From assembly GCA_951406725.2 (NCBI GenBank), contig OX597830.1, positions 63,984,001-64,048,000 on the forward strand: 64,000 nt of DNA, written 5' to 3'. The notes below the pieces were generated by a model. It saw nothing but the letters and a program-made list of their open reading frames with translations, was not told the origin of the DNA and made no database searches. The translations under genes and the position numbers were made by a program. The stretch's first letter is position 1; every line of letters starts with the position of its first letter. This stretch comes from Octopus vulgaris (Eukaryota). Of the stretch, positions 56,901-64,000 are shown piece by piece.

Positions 56901-59291
56901 GAAAATTTGTCTAAAATGTGTCTGAAGCTGAAGAACAACCAGCAGACAATCCTTAATAAGTTTGAGGTAAGAGCTTTCTGTAATATTTCTTACCCTAAAA
57001 GACGGCGAGCTGGCAGAAACGTTAGCATGCCGGACGAAATGCTTTGCAGTATTTCGTCTGTCTTTATGTTCTTAGTTCAAATTCTGCTGAGGTTGACTTT
57101 ACCTTTCATCCTTTAAGGTAGAGAGCTGGCAGAAACGTTAGGATGCCGGGCGAAATGCTTTGCAGTATTTTGTCTGTCTTTACGTTCTGGGTTCAAATTC
57201 TGCCAAGGTCGACTTTGCCTTTCATCCTTTCGGGTTTGATAAAGTAAGTACTTGTTGCATACTGGGGGTCAATCTAATCAACTGCCCCCCCACTCACCCA
57301 AAATTTCAGACCTTGTGCCTAGAGTAGAAAAGAATATTTCTTACCTTTTTCATTGAATTTATTTATTGATGTTTATTAATTTAATGACTTAATTTGAGGA
57401 ATACATGATAAGTTCCATGATCTGATTCTGGGCATTCCAAGATGAAGGTGTGTCTGTTGACTGGGCACCTATCTGATGCATAAGCCTATCTGATGATGTA
57501 ACAGAGTGCAGTTTACTAAAGCCACCCAGGGGCCAGATAGTGATGTTAAACTGAGCAACAGCTTAAAGAGTAGCAGCAATACCTCTACAGGCATCAGCAC
57601 AATTTCGGTTTATTATAGTTTCTTGTCTTTCACTTGTTGACCCTGAATTTATGGTAGATGACATTTGCCCAAGGTGTTGTGTAGAGGGATTACCACCTGG
57701 CGGCCCAGATGGTTAAATTAGGTGAAGGGTTAAGTTTACAACTTGAGAATAGGAACAAGTCCTGCAACAGGCTTCTTCACAGTTTCCCTTCTAATTTCAT
57801 TCATATGTCGGTACAGGCATGGCTGTGTGGTAAGAAGTTTGCTTCTCAACCACATGATTCTGGGTTCAGACCTATTGTGTGGCACCTTAGGCAAGTTCCT
57901 TCTACTACAGGCCTTGTGAGGGGATTTGGTAGATGGAAACAGAAAGAAGTCCATTAATGTGTGTGTGTCTTTTTGTCTGTGTTTGTCCCCAATCACTGCC
58001 TGACAACTGATATTGATGTGTTTATGTTCCCATAACTTAGTGGTTCGGCAAAAGAGGTGGATAGAATAACTACCAGGTTTTTAAAAACAATAAGTACTGG
58101 GGTTGATCCATTTGACTAAAAACCTTTTCAAAGCAGTGCCCCAGCATGGCCACAATCTAATGACTGAAACAAGTAAAAGATGAAAGATAAAGATGTCTTT
58201 GGTTGACATGAGTTTATGACAAACACATGGGTTGGACGGTTTGACCGGGGATCTGGGAAGCCAGAAGGCTGCCCCAGGCTCCGGTCTTATCTGTAGAAAC
58301 ATTGCCAGATAAGACCGGAGCCTGGTGCAGCCTTCTGGCTTCCCAGATCCCTGGTCGAACCGTCCAACCCATGCTAGCATGGAGAACGGACGTTAAACGA
58401 TGATGATGATGATGATGACATCCATGCATACACTCACAAGTGCAGGTAGAAAAAGAAAGAGTGAGGCATTACAATTTATTAATTGAGCATGGTTGACATA
58501 ACCACTTTCCTGCTCCTCATTCACAGACATAAACAGAGAGAGAGAGGAGGTGTATGGAGGGAATGGTAGAAACATTGAAACGTCTTAACCCCTTTGCTAC
58601 CATATTTCTGTTGAAATATGCTGCCTTTGTTGTAATTAATCTTAAAAATAAGGAATTTAGTAAAATTAATAACTTTAGTCATTGTTACCCCTTTTGTTAC
58701 ATTAGAGTATTTCAATCAATTTTGAAAATATTTGGGAATTTAATATCTTTATCATTATTAGGCTGATGTTTAAAACATGAATTTGCATGAAATTTTGATG
58801 GAAGGTCTTAATTTAGAGCACTTTAAGACAGGAATCATAGAACAAGGGGCAGTCTCAGTCATGTTGGCATCAAAAGGGTTAATTTTCATTCTGCGGTTCT
58901 CTGTTCTCTGGCATCATTTTAGTTTTGTTTTATTTTCTTGCAGGAATTAAAAGATTTGCATCCTAGCACATTTGAAAAACTGAAAACTCTTACTATGGAG
59001 GTATTGCAGGAAGATTTGGTAAAATGGAAACGGAAACAACAGCTTCATGGTACTACTCCAGAGATGGAGGAAAATATCCGTGACATCCAAAAACGGTATG
59101 GGGGCCAAAATTTCCTTGCACCCTAAACATGATACTGAACAATTTAAAAGTTTCTCTAATGTTTAAATGCTACATAAGATATTTTTTATTTTGTTACAAT
59201 TTTGGGTTTTTATGTATTTTTAATGCTACCCTTGTTGTTTTGTTGTGAATATCTTTTGGTGTATAAACATACATACATATATACATATATA

Positions 59292-59358
<67 letters not shown>

Positions 59359-62065
59359 CTATATATATATACTAGCTGACGTACCCGGTTATTCCCGGGT
59401 AAGAGGGGTTTATCTCTTGGTTCCGTTCTCATAATTGTTTCACTAACCCAGTAGCAACAATACAAAGTATGTAGCCCTTAAAACGGTTTTTGTGCATTTA
59501 CAGAGATTACCAAACTGTCTTACAAAGACCTTGTTTTTAGGAATTCCCAATAAGTTGTGAATACCCAAATTGTGAAGTCAGTTATGTAATAACATGAAAT
59601 TAGTTACTCGATAGTAAGAATTAAATAAAGTAGCCCCAAAATGGGCTTTATTGTGTTCCCAGAATATGTAGAACTTTCCAGGAAATACTAATAAGGTATG
59701 TGTACTAAAATCGTGAAATGTGTTACATAGTAACGGGCTAATCAGATATGAGATAATAATAATTCAAAGTAAATAACTCTGAAAAGGGCTTTTGTGTGTT
59801 CCCAGAGAATATTACCCTCAGGGGTGCTAGTGTTTGTATATTTATGAATAAGTCACTAACCGATTGAGTACTGGCATTGATGTAATCAACTATCCCTGTC
59901 CCCACAAAATTTCAGGCCTTGTGCCTATAATGTAAAGGATTATTATTATTATTATTGGGTGAGAGAGCAGTGCATGCCATAAAAGTGACACTGGGGTAAA
60001 ATATACAAAGCCCAGTATACCCATCATAACTACCCGTCTGATAAGGGTACACTGGGCACATGCATCACAACCATATGTGTGCGACATGGTGATCTCATAT
60101 CAAGATAAACAGCGCATGACCTTGCAGGTGGGACCCAGTTAGAATTTTCTTCTGGTCGAGTAACCCATCCCGCTCAAAAGGTCCTTGAATAAGGGTTGTT
60201 TAAGGATGTTGAACGAAACACCCATGTTCCCAGGGGTGAATTATTCAAACCCCAACGAATCCCTCTCAACACATGGCTATGATGCTCCCCCACTACTTCT
60301 GCTCGTGATCAGAGATGCACATATCGTTAGCCGCCAAGGGACATGCTCAACTGGTTAAGGTCAAACAACTGACAAGCAAATCTGTGGTATTGAGCAGAAT
60401 ATTTGCTGTAGCCCATCTTTTATACCAAGACAAAACAATGTACATGATAACACTTCCAATCAGTTAAGATCAGAAGCCTTGAGAGTCAATGCATCAGGGC
60501 ATATTATTATTACTACTACTACTACTACTACTACTGTTATTATTATTATTCAGAGTATTAACTTAATTTCCTTTGTATTCAGGTGTTCTATTTTGGCCAA
60601 ACTGATCTGGGAAAACCGGCAGCAGATCAAAAAAGCAGACCAGTTGCATCAACGTTTACGCCAAAGCAACCTTTATCCCAACTTGGACAATTCTATCACA
60701 GAGCTGTTGTCTCATCTAGTTACGAGGTATTGACTTTCTTTAATCCTTTTATTTAATCCTGCATTATCTTGTAGCTTTTGAGATTTTGATGATGTGATTG
60801 TTCAGTTCGAGAATGATGCATTCAAAGGTTTCATTTATGTACAAGTTGATTTTTTTAATGGATTTTTAAAATGGATTTTTAATGGATTTTTAATGGATTT
60901 TTAAATGGATTTTTAATGGATTTTTTTTTATTGATTCAAAGGTTTCATTTATGTACTAGTTGATTTTTTTAATGTTACTGGAGTATAAATACCTATAAAG
61001 GCAATATTTAAAAAAAAATTGAAAAATTAATTCAGCTCATTTAACCCTTTAGTGTTCAGATTATTCTGTTAAATGTGATATTTTTTCACTCAAATTGTTT
61101 TGAATTAATCATGCATTATCTTATAGCTTTGAGGTTTCAATGATGTGATTGGTTATTTTTAGAATGTCAATGTAGGTTAGGTGTGAGAGGCTAGATATGG
61201 CCAGTTCAAATATAAAACATGTAGAATATTTTGGGCCGGATGTGGCCGGTTTAAACACTAAAGGGTTAAAAAGCATGGGTAAGCAACACATTGCAAGCCA
61301 CACTATAATTTGTGAAGAAATTTATCTGCACACAAGGTATGCATCGCTCCTCCGATGCCTTTTTTTTCATTTCCAGTTTTAAACCATTTACACATTTCTT
61401 TCTATTATCAGCACCTTCATTGTCCAAATTCAACCGGCTCAAATTCTGAAGAAGGACGCTGGCCGTTTTTCAGCAACTGTCACTCTGCTAGTTGGGAAGG
61501 CGTTGAACATTAACATGAATCTACCTGACGTTAAGGCTATGTTAATATCGTAAGTTTTCTTGGCTTTTCTTTGTAATTTTCTCTTTCTCTTTTTTCTTTT
61601 TTTTTTTTTTTGATGTTAAATCTACATATCAGTTTAAAAAGGGATGATAAAGAATTTAAAAAATGGGGGAAGACAGGTTTATGCTGTACCTGAGCCCAGT
61701 TTCTTAGCTGACCTAATCTGGTGTCCTTAAAGGTGCTTGTTATCTTTTTCTATTTATTTTAGTTATTGGACTGTAGCCATGCTGGAGCACTGCCTTGAAG
61801 GGTTTAAAAGAACAAATTGACCCCAGTTCTTATTTTTGTTGTCTGATACTTATTCTATTGGAGTTTTTTTGCCAAACCATTAAGTTATAGGGATGTAAAC
61901 AAACCAACACTAGTTGTCATGTGGAGTTGGCAGATGATAAAAGCACACATTTATCATCATCATCATCATCATCATCATTGTTTAACGTCTGCCTTTGATG
62001 CTATCATGCTATATATGTATATACATATATGTTCAACCATGGGGAAATATTAGTTTACTTGGAAA

Positions 62066-62118
<53 letters not shown>

Positions 62119-62896
62119 AGTGAGAGGCTCATGAAGTTTCCAACTGTCATCACATTCCACTCCTAAGATATGGCAACAGACATTTTTGCAATTGCTCTGG
62201 GACTGAAACCAGAACTGTCTTATTGCAAAGCGAACTTCTTGGCCACGCAGCCACTCAGTAATACTCGTACTGTTTACTCTTTTACTTGTTTCAGTCATTT
62301 GACTGCGGCCATGCTGGAGCACCGCCTTTAATCGAGCAACTCGACCCCGGGACTTATTCTTTTGTAAGCCCAGTACTTATTCTATCGGTCTCTTTTGCCG
62401 AACCGCTAAGTAACGGGGACATAAACACACCAGCATCGGTTATCAAGCAATGCTAGGGGGACAAACACAGACACACAAACACACACATGCATATATCTTC
62501 TTTATATATAAAAATGTAGTTGTGTGTCTGTCTCCACCGATTTAGATTCCTAACTACTCCCACATTTTGCGTTGCAGTTTAACCAAAAGCGAGTATCTTA
62601 TAGTCGTGATTCATATCGAGCCCTTCTGGGTATTAGCGCGCGTCTACGATGAGTCTACGATTTAAAAAAAAAATTTACCATAATTTTTCCGCATTTTTAA
62701 TGCATTTTCGCTCGGTTTATATAAGGGAAGTAACTCTCTAAAAATGTATTATTAAATCTCAGAACGTAAAAAGCTACAGTAACACCCCCACTTTGTGGTT
62801 AGCCATATTGAGATGGCTATTATACTTTACATCTCTAAAAATGCTTATATAGTTATTTCCCTTACAAACCCGAGCAATGCCGGGCGATACTGCTAG

Positions 62897-62937
<41 letters not shown>

Positions 62938-63259
62938 TACGACGGGCTTCTTTTCAGTTTCCGTCTACCAAATCCACTCACAAGGCTTTGGTTGGCCCGA
63001 GGCTATAGTAGAAGACACTTGCCCAAGGTGCCATGCAGTGGGACTGAACCCGGAACCATGTGGTTGGTAAACAAGCTACTTACCACACAGCCACTCCTGC
63101 GCCTGTATAATGTATATATTTGTTTCCAGGGAACAAGATGCCAGACAATCCAGTAAAAATGAACCAGGCAACAATGAAACCATGGGAGAGATTGTGAACA
63201 ATGTCGGCAAAATGGAAATAGCTGAGAATGATTTCTTGTCTGTGAGATTCCGTAACATG
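47051..63259 (+). CDS. STAT5: STAT5-like signal transducer and activator of transcription, 3'-incomplete; join(47051-47181,50352-50505,51600-51692,52650-52727,54688-54781,56851-56966,58944-59095,60583-60726,61412-61549,63130-63259)
   Basis: Ten exons with AG/GT boundaries splice into one open frame of 410 codons (phases 2,0,0,0,1,0,2,2,2,0). The peptide aligns by eye with STAT5: MSLWIKTKQL..FPLEVRDVMSDWLECQDW, LVKWKRKQQL, LIWENRQQI, STFIVQIQPAQILKK..FSATVTLLVG, GEIVNN..FRNM. The SH2 domain lies beyond the window. Confidence 0.95.
48120..49520 (-). mobile_element. Ty3/Gypsy LTR-retrotransposon integrase remnant (K02A2.6-like) in STAT intron 1
   Basis: Minus-strand translation: H.GHPG, RLHVDYAGPLKGPCYLVVVDSFSKWPEV, FTRYGISDTTVSDKGTQF, HPRSNRQVEHFVDTFKRAL, ALQQFLRVYQVT; stops and frameshifts. 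Confidence 0.85.
49563..49958 (+). mobile_element. tRNA-derived CORE-type SINE family 1, full-length representative; about 20 copies or fragments
   Basis: Box A/B head (tggctgtgtggt, ggttcagtccc), CORE-like ccttgggcaagtg, internal (AT/GT)n, tail (gtaaaaga)n. Other copies: 10213-10580+, 20968-21348-, 22598-22990-, 25059-25347-, 30680-31045-, 44673-45055+, 46000-46410+, 57813-58185+, 62272-63103-, 4690-4890-, 5015-5215-, 5843-5990-. Confidence 0.9.
50352..50505 (+). CDS. STAT5: STAT coding exon 2: NSIDENNPSNEAIARTMLNNLLQEMESRSMNLNNDYFSTKLKVGQAIVDFQ
   Basis: tttcAG acceptor, GTAAGT donor, phase 2 to 0; resembles STAT5 DSVDLDNP..LLEGLVQELQ..FLLKIKLG. Confidence 0.93.
51600..51692 (+). CDS. STAT5: STAT coding exon 3: RIYSPNPLLLVHSIKKCLTIEQNYVNMNEGN
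   Basis: tttttcAG acceptor, GTAAGT donor, 93 nt; resembles STAT5 [24 protein letters not shown]. Confidence 0.92.
51790..52610 (-). mobile_element. RTE-clade LINE fragment in STAT intron 3
   Basis: EVIGEKC..DDGTLAF; ENEWEEESLSNVDLIEGPTIQI..KVPSPSGITTEMLK..IVNQVV (ORF 52070-52345). Confidence 0.7.
52431..52587. repeat. 21-bp minisatellite, 7 copies plus a partial
   Basis: Unit catttttctcctatgacttca; reverse complement encodes EVIGEKC of the host RTE. Confidence 0.95.
52650..52727 (+). CDS. STAT5: STAT coding exon 4: CELPSSQLYETGEKMIVLEELKDATK
   Basis: Long polypyrimidine tract plus cAG, donor AAG|GTATTT, 78 nt in frame; LEEL..T matches the start of the coiled-coil. Confidence 0.85.
53150..53696 (+). 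mobile_element. SINE family 3 with RTE-like tail and (GAT)n end; internal gtgccggtggcacgtaaaaagcacc subrepeats
   Basis: ggaagggcatccagctgtagaaac..ccaaccca..gacgttaaacgatgatgat. Other copies: 35381-36030-, 36911-37235-, 46440-46600-, 55765-56050+, 58226-58418, 49970-50160+. Confidence 0.8.
54688..54781 (+). CDS. STAT5: STAT coding exon 5: RTGDLILRLQEDQEVFNVEFQEYKTMTLQAD
   Basis: tttAG acceptor, G|GTAACC donor, phase 1; resembles STAT5 [21 protein letters not shown]. Confidence 0.9.
55143..55520 (-). mobile_element. Helentron-associated non-autonomous element (HINE/DINE-like)
   Basis: Reverse complement starts ttttattacctccaccttaac..ggtattgttttc..(gttt)n..ggatttggatgaaact and ends ccttggcagaggtttgtgctc..cttgtt, in T-rich flanks. 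Confidence 0.65.
56851..56966 (+). CDS. STAT5: STAT coding exon 6: AFKRNNETPRERLQTMQENLSKMCLKLKNNQQTILNKFE
   Basis: ttctttcttAG acceptor, GAG|GTAAGA donor; phase fits both neighbours. Confidence 0.88.
58944..59095 (+). CDS. STAT5: STAT coding exon 7: ELKDLHPSTFEKLKTLTMEVLQEDLVKWKRKQQLHGTTPEMEENIRDIQKR
   Basis: ttgcAG acceptor, GTATGG donor, 152 nt; hallmark coiled-coil motif WKR.QQL. Confidence 0.95.
59372..59830 (-). mobile_element. Helitron-like 3' end (different family)
   Basis: Reverse-complement end acccgggaataaccgggtacgtcagCTAG|T (hairpin plus CTAG); internal degenerate subrepeats. Confidence 0.55.
59957..60490. repeat. Probable dispersed element bounded by (ATT)n/(ACT)n, unclassified
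   Basis: Compositionally distinct ~530-bp block between trinucleotide runs in STAT intron 7; no ORF; single copy in this window. Confidence 0.4.
60583..60726 (+). CDS. STAT5: STAT coding exon 8: CSILAKLIWENRQQIKKADQLHQRLRQSNLYPNLDNSITELLSHLVTS
   Basis: ttcAG acceptor, AG|GTATTG donor; matches STAT5 CEKLAEIIWQNRQQI..ITDIISALVTS. Confidence 0.95.
61045..61265 (+). mobile_element. piggyBac-like MITE, 221 bp; opposite-orientation copy at 56278-56498, partial copy at 63892-64000, related family at 58589-58878
   Basis: TTAA|CCCTTTAGTGTT...AACACTAAAGGG|TTAA. Confidence 0.8.
61412..61549 (+). CDS. STAT5: STAT coding exon 9 (start of DNA-binding domain): TFIVQIQPAQILKKDAGRFSATVTLLVGKALNINMNLPDVKAMLIS
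   Basis: tatcAG acceptor, GTAAGT donor; matches STAT5 [45 protein letters not shown]. Confidence 0.95.
62496..62896 (+). mobile_element. Non-autonomous Helitron nested inside a SINE in STAT intron 9
   Basis: Same family as 17821-18209; splits SINE 62272-63103 at its internal (AT)n. Confidence 0.8.
63130..63259 (+). CDS. STAT5: STAT coding exon 10: EQDARQSSKNEPGNNETMGEIVNNVGKMEIAENDFLSVRFRNM
   Basis: tttccAG acceptor, ATG|GTAAGT donor; matches STAT5 EQQAKSLLKNE..GEILNN..ME..LSAHFRNM. Confidence 0.95.
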
Positions 63260-63334
63260 GTAAGTCTTTCACATTTAGTAGATTTACATAATTCATATAA
63301 TTTGCTTGTTTGTATGTTTGTTGTTGATGTTGTT

Positions 63335-63620
63335 GTTCTTCTTCTTTCCTCTTTTTTCTTCTTTATTTCTCATTTTTCTTCTCTCCTCCACCTTCTTCTT
63401 CTTCTTATTCGTCTTCTTCTTCTTCTTCTTCTTCTCCTTCTCCTTCTTCTTCTTCGTCTTCTTCTTCTTCATCTTCTTATTCGTCTTCTTCTTCGTCTTC
63501 TTCTTCTTCGTCTTCTTCTTCTTCGTCTTCTTCTTCTTCTTCTTCTTCTTCTTCTTCTTCGTCTTCATCTTCTTTGTCTTCTTCTTCTTCGTCTTCGTCT
63601 TCTTCTTCTCCTTCTCCTTC
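63335..63620. repeat. Degenerate (CTT)n/(GAA)n tract, about 285 bp, in STAT intron 10
   Basis: Seen directly. Confidence 0.97.
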
Positions 63621-64000
63621 ACCACTGCACTTTTCCATGCTTGTATGAGTCGGATAGAATTTGTTGACACAAATCAGCATCATTTGTATGATGGTCATAA
63701 TCACTTGCAAGACAAGAGCGCACACACAAACACACACACACACACACACGCACACACACACACACACTCACACACATTCAAGGTGGGCCTCTTTTAGTTT
63801 CTGGTCTGCCAAATCCTCTCCCAAAACTTTACTCATCCTGGAGCTATGTTAGAAGACACTTGGGACTGAACCCAAGACAACATGGTCAGTGACCCTTTAG
63901 CATTCAGATTATTCTATCAAATGTAACCCTTATTTATCCACATTCATTTGAATTTATCCAGCATTATCTTGTAACTGTAAGATTTCGATTGTGTAACTGT

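Noticed and set aside
63260-63797. Poly-L/F/K/E ORFs
   Set aside because: Read-through of the intronic (CTT)n tract; the real exon ends at the donor 63259/63260.

Overview
AT-rich, microsatellite- and SINE-saturated animal genomic DNA. The repeat families and STAT sequence point to a coleoid cephalopod, probably Octopus; this is inferred, not searched. The only supported protein-coding gene is a STAT5-like transcription factor on the + strand. Ten coding exons (47051-63259, 1230 nt, 410 codons, all GT-AG, phases consistent) cover the N-domain, coiled-coil and first half of the DNA-binding domain, and the gene continues beyond the window. A candidate promoter and non-coding first exon at about 27.70-27.92 kb clusters an E-box, CCAAT, CRE-like, GAS (TTCTTGGAA) and IRF-type (AAAGTGAAACT) motifs. 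The rest is mobile DNA: several tRNA-derived SINE families, CR1-like, RTE-like and R4/Dong-like LINE remnants, Penelope-like RT and GIY-YIG remnants, Tc1 and Gypsy remnants, Helitron/Helentron non-autonomous elements, piggyBac-like and foldback MITEs, and a 5'-truncated 5S rRNA copy. The main hidden signal is about 14 minimal type-I hammerhead-ribozyme-like motifs from several families. Most have palindromic stem III, several have a non-canonical CCGACGA or CTGTTGA core, and they are associated with Penelope ends, a retrozyme-like partial tandem and STAT introns. Almost all ORFs in the supplied track are microsatellite or SINE artefacts.
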